DNA from: Haliotis rufescens
Taxonomy: Eukaryota
Length of the DNA stretch: 64,000 nt
Assembly (NCBI RefSeq): GCF_023055435.1
Contig: NW_025963957.1
Location: forward strand, 2,046,001-2,110,000
Direction: 5' to 3'
Numbering within the stretch: position 1 is the stretch's first letter; each line of letters starts with the position of its first letter. Positions 50,876 through 64,000 of the stretch are shown here, one piece after another. A program made the translations under genes and the position numbers. The notes under the pieces are model-generated. The model was not told the DNA's origin, did not search any database, and saw only the letters and a program-made list of their open reading frames with translations.

Positions 50876-51340
50876 GACCCATGGAGATCCGGGATAGAAT
50901 AGGTCTTCAGCAACCTTGCCGTAAAAGGTTACTATGCTTGTCATTAGAGACGACTAACGGGATCGGGTGGTCAGATTCGCTGACTTGGTTGATGCATGTC
51001 ATCGATCCCAATTGTGTGGATCGATGCTCATGATGTCAAGCACTGGATTGTCTGGTCCAGACTCCATTATCTACAGACAGCCGTCATATAGCTGGAATAT
51101 TGCTGAGTGCGGCGTTAAACAAACAAACAAACAAAATGATATTTTCTCAGACACGCCTGTCATACATTCATTCTTTTAATTCAATCCATCTCACGAAGCG
51201 GTTAGTCACAAGTACACACATTGTAAAACGCAGAATTTCCTTAAGTTAGATAATGGTCCAGACTCCATTATTTACAGACCGCCGTCATATAGCGGGAATA
51301 TTGCTAAGTGCGGCGTAAAACAACAAACCAACCCACCAAC
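50876..51340 (+). mobile_element. Composite family 1 element: SINE, ~120 bp shared flank, second tail
   Basis: 51130-51250 matches 38040-38150; the tail recurs at 51255-51340. Confidence 0.75.
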
Positions 51341-51809
51341 CATGAGTTTAGACGACTTAACTTCTACAATATAGCAAACACACATTTCCTACATTTTCTA
51401 ACAAAAGAAAGAGGACTAACTCGCAACTCGAACGTACTGACCATTTTGCAAAATATATTTACTCGGGGGAGATAATTAATCGTTACTTCTTGGCAGCTCC
51501 TAAGTTATTATCCTCTTATAATCTATCAATATATACTCTTTTCTCGGCTCGGGCCATTGGTTGTTAAATTGATAAACGCTGGCAAATATTGGGTGTGCCT
51601 CGTGTCGTTCCCCTTGGTGATGTAATGCGCCCTATGAACAAGGGTCGATTTTTTTCTTTAGCCTTGTGTGCCCATAGTGTATGGCATTGCTATGTCACTA
51701 TGGAGCTACGTGTGGTGTTGTGACGTGTGTACATGTTGTACAGACATGTATATCAACTCAGATCTCGTCGATACCCCGTAGACATGGAACATTGATAAAA
51801 ACAATACCT

Positions 51810-51868
51810 GAAGTGTGAGAAGTTTAACGTGGCGTTCAAGATTATTGCATTTATATAGCGATGTGCTT

Positions 51869-51911
<43 letters not shown>

Positions 51912-52172
51912 TGTAAAGGCCGTTATAACGCAGGTTTAATAGTGCCAACCCACTGAGATACCATGCCGCAGTGTAACATGGATGCCCCACTCAGACACAG
52001 TTAACTGACACCGAGCCGACCAGTCCTTGTTTTAGACCCTCCATTCTAATCGCCAGGCAGGGTAACAACAAGTACCATCTTATAATGTCTTTTGGTATGA
52101 CGCGGTCGGGCATAGAACCACTGCCCTTCCGCTCTAAAGGCAGACACTCTATCCACTACACCTCGGAGGCGA
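51810..52172 (-). mobile_element. Diverged family 2 SINE with (TG)n
   Basis: Collinear with the family 2 copies; ends just before the Tc1 left TIR. Confidence 0.75.
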
Positions 52173-52456
52173 TCAGAATCACAACATAATATACTGAACA
52201 GCATTGAAAACGCACCACCATGAAAGTGGATGTATTTTTATCCGGGCTTAAGTCATATGAAAATATATAAGTGAATGAGTAATAAACGACGTTCTGGACG
52301 AAGCATGAAGAAGAACAGCTCGTCAAAACACATTCCTAAAGTTTTTGAGAGCGACATCGCCAATACGTAACAAATTGCGTGCACATCATGGAAAACGTCT
52401 TTTGTTTCACGGGAAGCATGCAGAATAGGGCTTTTAAAAGCCACATCACTTGTTGC

Positions 52457-53562
52457 ATGCTTCAAGTTGGTACGTCAAGTAGAGTCGTTGCACAACGGTT
52501 TCAATGCCATCATTCAACAGTCCTCAGGCTAATGAGCAGATACCAGCATACAAGAACCACCAGAGATCGACCACGTCCGGGTCAACTACACCACGTCCGG
52601 ATCGCCATATTGTTCGTCGGCATCTTCGTGATCGTACACTTTCGGCTACCAGGACTGGAGCAACCGTACAAGGCCGAGGGGGTTTGATCAGCACTGACAC
52701 CGTTCGTCGACGTCTCCGCTCAGCAGGGCTACGTGCTCGACGTCCATATGTTGGACCCATACTCACTGATCGTCATCGAAATGAGTGAGTGAGTGAGTAT
52801 GGTTTTACGCCGCTTTTAGCAATATTCCAGCAATATCACGGCGGGGGACACCAGAAATGGGCTTCACACATTGTACCCATGTCGGGAATCGAACCCGGGT
52901 CTTCGGCGTGACGAGCGAACGCTTTAACCACTAGGCTACCCGACCGCCCCTCATCGAAATGAACGTCTGCGTTGGGGCAAAAGGCATCGTCATTGGAGAT
53001 TGCGGCATTGGCATGGTGTGCTGTTCTCTGATGAGTCCCGTTTTCATTTACAGAATGCTGACGGTCGACTGCGAGTGTGGCGTCGACGTGGGGAACGTTA
53101 CCACAATGACTGCGTTGTACAGACAGATCGAAGAGGGGAGGGGGGGGGGGGGGGGGGGGGGGGGGGAGAGTGTCATGGTGTGGGGCGGCATCAGTCATAA
53201 CTATCGAACAGAGCTCCATGTTTGTCGTGGAAGAGTTAATGCCCTTTACTACAGGAATAACATAATGGCAAATCACGTCATCCCATTCTTTCATCAGCAC
53301 CAGGATATGCACACCTTCCAGCAAGATAATGCAAGAGCGCACACAGCACGTGTTTCAACACAGTAATTGCCAATTGAACATCTATGGGATTACCTGGGTC
53401 AACGCCTCTCACGTCGTCCGCAAGTACAGAACCTGAGAGAACTTGAAGATACACTACGTCAAGAGTGGAATGCCCCAGAACACTATTCGCAGACTTATTC
53501 GATCAATGAGAAGACGTTGCATGGCCTCTGTTGCTGCCAATAGCGGACATACCAGATATTGA
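52457..53562 (+). pseudogene. Tc1 transposase pseudogene
   Basis: Fragments: HTH region (VAQRFQCHHSTVLRL...DRPRPG; TVRRRLRSAGLRARRP), WHGVLFSDESRF, VMVWGGIS, FQQDNARAHTA, PIEHLWD. Frameshifts, SINE insertion, poly-G, and a deletion before PIEHLW. Confidence 0.92.
52785..52950 (-). mobile_element. Short tRNA-derived SINE, family 3 (tRNA-Asp-like head), nested in the Tc1 transposase
   Basis: GGTAGCCTAGTGG...GTCACGCCGAAGACCCGGGTTCGATTCCC, tail GCGGCGTAAAA plus (CTCA)n, 12-bp TSD TCATCGAAATGA (52773-52784 / 52951-52962). Confidence 0.92.
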
Positions 53563-55839
53563 CTTTTCATTTTAACCCTATGTGTCTTCCTTACACTGAT
53601 GACGTAAATGTAAATACTGTGTGGTATTCCTGTTTCCTTTGTCGTCTTTCTTAATAATCCGTCTATGTCTGTTCTAATTAAAATCGGTCTTTGCTCAAGT
53701 TGTTTTTGTAATATTTCAAGATTTATTGCTGGGGCGTTTTCAATGCTGTTCAGTATATGAAAGCAATTTATACGACATTTTAAAAAAATGGATTTAAGAA
53801 CGTCATTCCTTATTTACTGAGAAGAAATTCGGCATTATATTTCAAGAAACACTGATGCTTTATTTTACATAGTAAACACGAATACAGTATGATTCAGTTC
53901 TGACTGGTTGGAACGAACCAAACAACATCATGCAATGAAATGTGGTAAGTGCAGCATCATCAACTTCTGTGCTAATAACTTCGTATGTTCATTCCAATGC
54001 CCAGCCTTGCCGTAAAGGGCGACTATGCTTTTCACAAGAGGCGACTAACGGGATCGGGTGGTCAGACTTGCTGACTTGGTTGATGCATGTCGACGTATCC
54101 CAATTGCGTGGATCGATGCTCATGATGTCAATCACTGGATTGTCTGGTCCAGACTCGATTATTGACAGACCGCCGTCATACAGCTATAATTTTGCTGAGT
54201 TAAACAACACACCGACCAACCAAATCCAATGCCGACTAGATAGGGAAACAATGTTGATTCCACACCACCCAGCGAGTTAGGAGTGACAATATTGACCAAA
54301 CAATGCACTCAACGCTATATAACAAACATAACACGTTTCAATTGAACAATTGACCTGTCTTTGCATGTGTTTGTGACCGGTGCCTTCGTTGGGGCGGGAT
54401 ATAGTCGGGATCATACAATGGATTCTTCTTTAAGAAGAGATTTCGTATAATCATGGAAATGTTTTTTGTTGCTTTTATATGTATTGCAAAACATCGTTAC
54501 CGTATTTTGTCTGTACGTATTTTGTCTGATAATCTTACCACCGTGGATACAAGAATATGCCAGGCGGTGTTTCTGAGACGAATCCATTATTCAATTCTAT
54601 ATGGGGTAGTACAAAGTCCTGAATACATGACACTTTTTATGGACAGCAGATTCTGTTGTTCTTTGTCACAACGTTTCAGAGCTACTTCTTGCTCCTTCAT
54701 CATGTAAATGCTTGTACTTTTGTAAAGTCATACTGGAAAAAATATGGTCTTTGTTTATGTCTGTGTATTATTTACCCTAGTTACCTTAGTGCCATCGGAC
54801 AAGGTACTCAATAGACGCACGATACAATATTGGAGGTAACATAGGATCTCAGCTCAATAAAAGAATCAGTGGCCCTGGTTCTGTAACCTTCTTCGAACAT
54901 CAATATGAAAAGACAAGAAATTCAATACTCATTCTCGTCGTCTTGCCCAAACAAAACGTGCAGTGCAATCAGCAACATGGGATTACAAGGTCGCAGCCCC
55001 TGCCTTACATTCAAAATGACAACCTTGCAAAACACGATTAAAGTATTACGAACAATACGATTACACGCACGTGTAATCCTGTGCTGAGCTCAGTGGCCCT
55101 GTTGTCCTCTACCTGTGCGCGGAGCAAGTGCTGGCTGAGACTCGAGTGTAGGGCTGTTAAATCAAGAGCTGGTAGGAGATCAATACCCGCCAAATTTACG
55201 ACTTAAGGTGTGACGAGTCAGAGAAGGGTATAAATCTACTTGGCGTCACAGAGGGCAGGAGAACAGTTTGTGTGTCACATAAAGAAAGTGGGTGGAAGGG
55301 TGGGTGGGTGAGTGGGTGTGTGAGTGAGTGAGTGAGTGAGTGAGTGAGTGAGTGGGTGGACGAGTGAGTGGGGTTTTGGGTGAGCGGATGGACGATTGAG
55401 TGATCGACAGAGGAACAAGCGGGCTTTTTGGGTGGATACAGTGAATACTCGTAAACTCGAAGTCCTCGGGGTCAAAGAAAGTACATTAAGTTATCCATAG
55501 TTCGAAATAAGCAGAGTACAGATAATGGCTCACAGTGCCGATAAGGGATCATAACCTGTCATTTATCCTCTCTTCGATGATTGCTCAGTCTGTCGCTGGA
55601 GCAAATAAGAAGACTTCAACAGCGATCTATGTTGAAAGCCTTATGTGTGATATAACATATATCACATTAGGTTAACTGTTGAACGTTGAAATACGCTGTG
55701 TTGTATCCGATATAATTCTACTGCTATTACGTGGGAGACATGTTGGGTTAGGCCGGATGTTGGGTTAGGCTGAATGCGACTCCCTTAAAAGCCTGCAATG
55801 CATAACTTGTCCAGGTATTGGTTCGTCGATCATATATGC

Positions 55840-56500
55840 ATATAACGCCCTAAAGGATGTGACGCCCTGAAGGGTGTAACGCCCTGAAGGATGTAACGCC
55901 CTGAAGGATGTAACGCCCTAAAGGATGTAACGCCCTGAAGGGTATAACGCCCTGAAGGAAGTAACGCCCCAAAGGACGTAACGCCCTGAAGGGTGTAACG
56001 CCCTGAAGGATGTAACGCCCTGAAGGATGTAACGCCCTGAAGGATGTAACGCCCTAAAGGATGTAACGCCCTGAAGGATGTAAGGCCCTGAAGGATGTAA
56101 CACCCCAAAGGATGTAACGCTGTGAAGGATGTAACGCTGTGAAGGATGTAACGCCCCAAAAGATGTAACGCCCTGAAGGATGTAACGCCCCAAAGGATGT
56201 AACGCCCTGAAGGATGTAACGCCCTGAGGGATGTAACGCCCTAAAGGATGTAACGACCTGAATGATGTAGCGCCCCAAAGGATGTAACGCCCTGAAGGAT
56301 GCAACGCCCCAAAGGATGTAACGCCCTAAAGGATGCAACGCCCCAAAGAATGTAACGCCCTAAAGGATGTAACGCCCCAAAAGATGTAAAGCCCAAAAGG
56401 ATGTAACGCCCAAAAAGATGTAACGCCCTGAAGGATGTAACGCCCCAAAGAATGCAACGCCCTGAAGGATGTAACGCCCTAAAGGATGTAATGCCATAAA
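55840..56500 (+). repeat. 17-bp minisatellite (CCCTGAAGGATGTAACG)n, ~39 copies
   Basis: Direct tandem repeats; the 17-aa periodicity of overlapping ORFs equals three units. Confidence 0.95.
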
Positions 56501-58523
56501 AGATTGGTTTGCATGTTGCTGTTTGATGTTAAATGCGGTTTAATATAATGCTTCGATATATTTCCCGTGTGGTTGATGTTTCAGCATGTTACCATGCTTG
56601 AAATATAATGTTCGTGTGGTTTAACATAATGTTTAAAATACTTTGTCCGCATGGGTTACAATAATGCTTTAGGGGTTGTTTATACACAAACCGTTTTTAT
56701 ATATGCCAGAGAAAAATAATTAAACCATTGTTTTCTTTAACATTTTTAACATATAAACGTACTTGAAATTATGTATTCATTTAACATTTGCAAAATGAAA
56801 GATCTTGTATTACTGTAAATCGGCATATTTTGACCAAAGGCAAGGATCATTCGTAAACAATGCGGTGCAAAACAATATTATTATATTAGGTACAATTGTA
56901 CTAGAAAGGTATGTCAACAGCAATGTTCGTCATATTAAGCACAATACATTACTGACTACGCTGTAAGCCAGATGTGCTATTACTAGAGTATTTCTACAGA
57001 ATTACAATGCCAGCAAGCCAGAAGCTTTGTATCCTGTACAATTGTTGAGAAAGTGAAAGGCAAGTATGTGCCATTTGATCCCCGAGAAGGCCTGGCAAGG
57101 GCTATTTATCTCGATAATGTCGCTGTCATGTTATGCGGGATCTTGTACAATGCATCCAGGTCTGACGTTTGTCACCTTGCCACCTTGCCACCTTGCCACC
57201 TTGCCACATGGCATGTAGGTAGATTGGGGTAGAGCTGTACCAATTGGAATCATGTCTACTCACAGTAATGACGTACGGAGGGTAGAAGACAGACGGACAT
57301 GCACAGACGGACATGCACAGACGGACATTTAATCAAACACGTATAAAACGTCAACGCCAGAGAATAACAAGCCTCGAATATTTGCTCAAACAGATCCATT
57401 GGGAGCAAAAGGCACAATAGCGGTGAACATTATATAAATGATCACTGAGGGTCAGCGATGACACCAGGTTTTCGCAAAAAGGGTAAACATGTTCTGCCCT
57501 ATCGATACCAGAAAGGTCATCTGCCAATACTACTAAAAATGATATGACGGATATACCAATGTGCATGCTGAGATATATCTATGTATTATGGGTTTCCGTA
57601 CATACATATACATTATCTGAAAGTAAGCCAAAATTCTATAGTTCATGACTATGAGTAGATTCCATGAGCTTTGGTTAATAATATGCTTAACACGATGAAT
57701 TAACTGATATAACTGAAGTGTGGTTCCGTTGAAATACTAGCCTTCTCGTGACAATCAGTAGCTGAAATATCCTGAAATAACAACAGGCTGCAACTTTAAC
57801 AGATTATATGCAAATCTGTGTACTTCGAGTTACGTCTATAACAAACCATATGAAAGATAACAATTTATCTGACTGCATCCGTTTTAATCACAACTGTTTA
57901 ATTCATGTGCCATCAAGAAATATTTAGTACAACGGCACGCATCTATTCACATCGAAATACGGTGCCTGAAATTAGACAATGGTCCCCTAAAATTGCATCG
58001 TATCATGTATCATATCACGACAGTAATATCGAGATTGGCATGATATAAGTGTATTATCACAGCCCTACCCCTAGGTCAGTATAACAAGGGACCCATGACC
58101 TACAGCTCTGGTATGTTATCGTTATATTCCACAACAATGCTGTACATTGTGCCCAGGATATCAACTGTCAGTGAGGGTGCTATTGTTATCAGCACAGCTA
58201 GCGCCGTGACCAGCGAACACTAAAGGAGATAGCCGGCAATACTGAACAAACATTGGTTTTGATATAATATCCTACAATGTCACAGAATTACACGTAATCG
58301 CGATACATATGTAGGAGGTATTGTGATAGAATCTGTCTTGTCAACATGGAAAAGAAAATCATCAAATATATGTAATATATATAAATCACCGTTTAGTTGA
58401 TGTAGGTTTATGTAAAGGTTGAAATATATTCTTAATATCAATAAATCGTTGATGAATCCTTCATAATTTGATGTATCTTCCGGTCCACACAGCTGCTGAG
58501 TTTCATATTGGACGAATGCAAGG

Positions 58524-58691
58524 AGTGAGTGAGTTGGTATTATTTTACGCCGCTTTTAGCAATATTCCAGCAATATCACGGCGGGGGACACCAGAAATGT
58601 GCTTCACACATTGAACCCATGTTGGGGAATCGAACCCGGGTCTTTGGTGTGACGAGCGAACGCTTTAACCAGTAGGCTACCCAACCGCCCC
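58524..58691 (-). mobile_element. Family 3 SINE
   Basis: Close match to 52785-52950. More copies at 33335-33472(-), 44165-44290(-), 61628-61793(+), 62965-63055(-). Confidence 0.85.
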
Positions 58692-60399
58692 GCAATGCAA
58701 GTATTCCGCAAGTGCATATGCGCTGTACAATATGCAACCGCAGCAATTAAATGATGCACATTATATACTAAACTCTGCATCTTTGCTGCCATAATATATT
58801 AATGAATTCTAACCATGCATTAAACATGCTCCAGATAAGCTGCGTGTCTGCGTAAAATCCGTATTGATGATAATTACCAAATTAATTTTGAGTTGCTTGT
58901 GGCCATAAATCCGCATAAATGATTTTAAAAAACCCCAAAACAAATAGCTCTACAACGCTGCATAATTAACCAATGGCCCTTTCAGCTTGCGTGCCTGTAT
59001 TCCCTTATAGATCCTTTTTTACTGGTCGAATGCAGGTATCACATTCATGGACTACACTGCAGCGAAAAATGCACAAAGACGTCTTGCTGAGCGTAACATA
59101 TATCGTGTTATGAGCTTATGTCATATGTTACACACTGAGGGCAGCAGATGAACAGATACAAATTAGAAGTCTTCTGAAACAGCATTTCAAGCAGAATTGC
59201 TTGGAATATATCGTTGGTTTAAATACCCAAATAGACCGACCCAAGGAAGCCAAAATATATTGAATACCGAGATGAAAATATCAATACCCAATGTGAATGT
59301 TTATATGTGCGTATTTATTCAATGAGCCCAAACAGTACCTGGATCACTGCATGCATGGTACATAACAACAGAGTGCCCGTGTAATCCAATCTACGTTAAG
59401 TACTTCTCTCCTGGGTTCCTTTAAACGTTAGTGTTATCGTCTTTACATTCTATCCACAGTTGCCATGTATAGATCCTGACAATACAGAGTACTGTTGCAT
59501 ACTAATATATGAGACACTGTGTACAGAAGAAAATCCCCTTACTCCTGACTTACATATAGCGATGAGCCGTTGTCAAACACACAATGGGCATACGCAGGAT
59601 GTAAATCCTTGTTTATATTTATAGGCATAATTAGTGTCACAACCAAAATTTAGAACTGCACTTAAATTATTCACAACAATGTTTCCTATTTACATTGGTT
59701 AAGGACGCAGCAAGAGCCTCCTCGGTGAACTTAAACGTCACATAAAGAGCTGGAAATGTGTATGTGAAGTTGCCATGGCAGACAGGCCCATACACCTGAC
59801 CTTGCCATCTCGTATTCAGTGTATGAAAACAAAATAGTTTCATAGTCTTAAGTAAACAATGACTGGCATATAGCACCGTCTTAGTTACTACCTTCTGTAA
59901 CAAATCATACCAAACGAGCGTGAAAACGATCCACATAAACCCTTACTTTTTTGCACTGTATTCATGAAGCGAACACAACTGAGAGGGCCACCATTAGGTA
60001 TTCTAGCAGAGGCTGTGGCCTTCGGTTACAACAAAAAATAAATCGTTCATTCCCTTGCCATATGTTCTGAAAATAATACATCGCCATAATTTTATAACGC
60101 ATGCTTGTAAGATATATGTTTTGTTTTACAATTGCACTAAATATAAAATGTCAACGCCAGAGAATATTGGTCTTGATTATCTGCCCAAACAGATTCCATT
60201 GGTCGCAAAAGTCAAAATGGCAGTGAAAATTATATGAAAAAATCATTGAAAATCAGTGATGACACCAGGTGTTTGCGAAGAGGGTGAGCATGTCCTGCAC
60301 CACCGGCAGCACCCGCCACTCATACAATGTGCATAACAAAGTAAGTGTGTTTTGTTGCCTGGCTCCTCCTTTGAGGGGAAACAATTTTATGTCTTTAAC

Positions 60400-61160
60400 A
60401 CCTGACGGAAGTAAAGTTTGCCGCAAACAAAAATGCCAGCTCCTAGAAGGAGTACTAAATGGTCGATCCTTAAATCAATCACAAATTCTACTTACCTTGT
60501 TACACGTCCCTTGGATCTGACCCATAACACCTCCTCAGTTCGGGTAGTAATTATAACTAGTAAAACCACCTGCCTATACGCACTGTGTATCATGTCACAA
60601 TACCACCACGGAGAAATGAAATACAATCCTATTTCATTGCAGGTTTGTACATATGATTAAGGAACGAGTGAGATACCTTGCCAGAAATACCTAACGACCC
60701 CCTAATCTTGTCTTTATCAAAGCGTGTCAACAATCGGGACCTCCCGTCCAACTCCACAAGTCTACTTGTACGACTCATGGCAAACGCCTTCATAAATGAA
60801 ATGACTGCTCACAGAACAACACACATATACCCTGACCGACTACTCTTCCTTGACTTGGATAGCCAAGGCTATAGACGCATACCATGTGTAAAGAATATGG
60901 ATACAAAGTGTAAATGGACGTATTCACGGAGTAGCTATAGTGGCAATACAGCACAGAAACGACCTTTCGTGTTAGAAATGAATAGGGCAAAGAGACCAAC
61001 CTTGCCTTACTCAAGTAGAAATTTCACTTTCGTTACTCCCATAATACCCGGTGAACTTTAAATAGGCAATAAACCTACCTGTTAATATACTTGTGATTCG
61101 TAGGTCTTATAAAAGACATTAAGAGTACTAAAGAGTATTCTAACATCACCGCATATGGCA
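60400..61160 (-). mobile_element. Decayed LINE 3' fragment (CR1/L2-group-like, tentative)
   Basis: Interrupted - strand frames loosely resembling a post-RT C-terminal region; no intact diagnostic motif. Confidence 0.3.
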
Positions 61161-62427
61161 TCACAACGATTTCTTAAAGGGGGGTTCAAATCTTGAAATG
61201 GTACAATACTGTATTTCCAAAGACTTATTGGTATTCATTATCAGGTCCGAATAAACCTTTCTATCCCAGTCTGAATGGCGTTCGACAGTGTTGACCTGAC
61301 TTTGTGTATCTGGACTCTTAATCGCGAAACGACGGAAAATAGGCATGACTTTTTTTGAGCAGCGATGTCTAGGACTATATTTATTCACTGGATGTTACCA
61401 TCCAACACACTGTATTGTGTAAACAAATCCGCATTTCTTGCAAGGTGGTACTTATGTTTTGGTCGACAGCATAGCTATGTCAATTAAAGCCCTGTATGGA
61501 TTCCGGGATAGAAACGATCCCCAGTAGCCAATGCTTGTCGTAGAAGTATCCACAGAGAATGGGTGGTTTCAATGTGTAACCCGTGTTATATTGCACCGAT
61601 GGCTTGGGTCGTTCCTTTTGCTATGCGATGGGATGGCTTTGTGGTTAAAGCGTTCGCTGGTCATGCCGAAGGTCCAGGTTCGATTCCCCACATTGGTACA
61701 ATGTGTGAAGCCCATTTTCTGGTGTCCCCCGTCGTGATATATATTAATCGATATTCCTGAAAAATGCTAAAAGCGGCGTCAAACCACACTCACTTTTGCT
61801 ATCGACCCGAACCACTGGTTTGTCCGGCCACACTTGGGTATTAAGTGTTTGCCGTGATATGTCGCGAATACTGCACACTACATCGTAAAACAACATTCAA
61901 TCAATGCCATGTCATCTACACTGCCACTGTACGGTTTGAGGTATCACAAGTCGTGTCTAATCACTTTGATATTGAATATGTGTCAACAATGACATAGCCT
62001 AATCAAGCGTGTAGGGCATGCAGGATTTATCCATTAGGTTCCATAAACCTCCTACTCCCAGCTGTCGTAATTAAATGTTTTGTAAACACAATGTGTGCTC
62101 TGAGCATGTATACCGGATGATGTTTAAACTAATGACCACTCAACCTGCGTGTGCTAAATGATATATCCACACACGTATAACATGTATATGTGTTAAAAGG
62201 CTTATCAGCAGGTCTTATCGTTTCTGGTCAATAAAATCTTTACCGTTATATTGGCACACCATTCAATGTTTATGTGCTTTGGCTGTAGCTCCTTGGTACG
62301 TATATGCCATATTTTCTCGGTTGAAGTATACGTACTCCGCCATCACACTACACTGAGTAAGTAGCTCTCTGCTTAATGGTATGCCTTACTTGACTAACGC
62401 CCCTTGTGGATTCCATGTCAGAGTGAG

Positions 62428-62592
62428 TGGCGGTCGGGTAGCCCAGTGATTAAAGCGTTCGCTCGTCACGCCGATGATCCGGGTTCGATTCCCGACATGG
62501 GTACAATGTGTGAAGCCCATTTCTTGTGTCCACCGCCATGGTATTACTGAAATATTGCTAAAAGCGGTGTAAAATCATACTCTCTCACTCAC
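62428..62592 (+). mobile_element. Family 3 SINE
   Basis: A and B boxes; CATGTCAGAGT repeated at 62414-62424 and 62594-62604. Confidence 0.85.
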
Positions 62593-64000
62593 ACATGTCA
62601 GAGTAGGTCCCAGCAACTAAATGGATCGGGTGGTCAGGCATGGTGACTTAGTTTATTGCGTGTCATCGTATCCTTATAACGTTGAACGTTGCACATAATA
62701 CCAATCACTGATTTATCTGGTCGGGATTATATTCTTTTAAGTCAGCCGTCCTACCTGGCATGGACTATTGCTGAGTACGACGGTTAAAAAAACGAGCAAA
62801 TAGACGGGCTTGATTTGCCTGTTTGGTTAACTTCCTGAAGGGACATTTCAAGCAATAATAGACTTATACATTGCTTGATGTATAGAGTGGTAGGGTCTTG
62901 TTGGTTTTCAGCCCGAAAAAGCTGCATCTAATCCTGTCCATCAAGAGGGCCTTTCAGAGTGAACGAGTGAGTATGGTTTACCCATGTCGGTTATCGAACC
63001 CGGGTCTTCGGCGTGACGAGCGAACGCTTTAACCACTAGGCTACCCGACCACCCCAGGGCCTTTCGGAATGCATGGTTCCATCCTTGCATTTCATTTTCC
63101 TATGAAAGGATTATCTCATCAGGATTATCATCTCAAGATCTGAACAGTAAAATCAGACTTTCTGGACCCCCGCATCACTTCAATTATATGGTAATTAGGT
63201 CTAAAGTTGTTGTTGCTCCGATTACGCATCGACACATAGAACATCAGTAAAATTATTTTTCATTGAGTGCATACCAATTATGAATCGAATCGGTTTTAAG
63301 GTTGTATTTTGAAAATAATGTTTGTTAAAAAGTTAGTTTGTCAACCAATCGACACACATGGATTTGAAATCCATGTAATCGGATTGACAACATGAAGTCA
63401 TTCATATCTGTTAAGCCTCAGGATTTGTTCAGTTCACCGATTCTTCAAACAGTTACCTAACACGAATGTTTAGTGATGACGACCAGTATCTAAGTGCTGA
63501 AGCATTAGATCATTATCGATATCGTAGCGTTAGATCATGTATCGATATCTCAGCGTTGGATAAATTATCGATATCGCATCGCGTACACTGTACGTCAAAA
63601 AAGGACAATTTTCCGTATGAAAATAAAATGTAAAATTGTAGTCTATCACATTATTACGGCATTAAACAGTAACAGTAATGTTAATGTCTTTAACATACCA
63701 TTGATCCCATACCATATACATACCATTGATTCAAGTTACAACTTTTGATGTATGGAAAATCTTAAAGCGATCTTACTATCGCGATACATTTCGTATCGTG
63801 ACAAAATGTATCCTACAGCCCTATACAAAATCCTTCATTACAATTCCATGTAATGGTGTTAACAAAACGTGCTCGGCGTACTCAATAATGTACTCATTAA
63901 CGTCAATTTGAACTATTCAGCTGAATTCGTGCTGAAAAGAAAAGCTGCTTGAAGTTATCCGTCACAACTAACCACAAGTTAATGCGGATAAATCTATCAC

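Larger units (their letters stand above)
52192..53755 (+). mobile_element. Tc1/mariner (Tc1-type) DNA transposon, non-functional
   Basis: TIRs TACTGAACAGCATTGAAAACGC (22 bp perfect, ~26 bp total) with TA on both sides; contains a broken transposase. Confidence 0.93.

Noticed and set aside
63477-63820. Short ATCGATATC-rich repeats and ...ACAGCCCTA ends (also ~58000-58047) as a defined DNA transposon
   Set aside because: Suggestive of non-autonomous element ends, but I could not find a matching partner TIR or TSD.

Overview
Eukaryotic, AT-rich, repeat-dense genomic DNA. The SINE content suggests a mollusc, plausibly a gastropod such as abalone; this is inference. Positions 1-~21550 are a tandem array with a ~10 kb unit. 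Each unit carries two paralogous five-exon genes for secreted cystine-knot proteins, called A (+) and B (-) here. Both have a signal peptide, a C-x(5-6)-YP prodomain motif, and CGGxC...CxC; the closest resemblance is to Spaetzle/neurotrophin-type ligands. A and B sit head-to-head with start codons ~340 bp apart around a compact shared promoter (TATA at each end, CCAAT, CRE, YY1-like site, E-box). The order is B1(partial)<->A1 ... B2<->A2 ... B3, and the array ends inside the third promoter. The ORF track misses these genes because they are spliced; I assembled them by hand from GT-AG sites (A = 242 aa, B = 244 aa, identical intron phases 0,2,2,2). The rest of the window holds a 586-codon ORF of unknown function (- strand, 34542-36302), a decayed Tc1/mariner transposon with a nested SINE, a MITE, at least four SINE-like families sharing one 3' tail, decayed retroelement fragments, four minisatellites, microsatellites and three N gaps.
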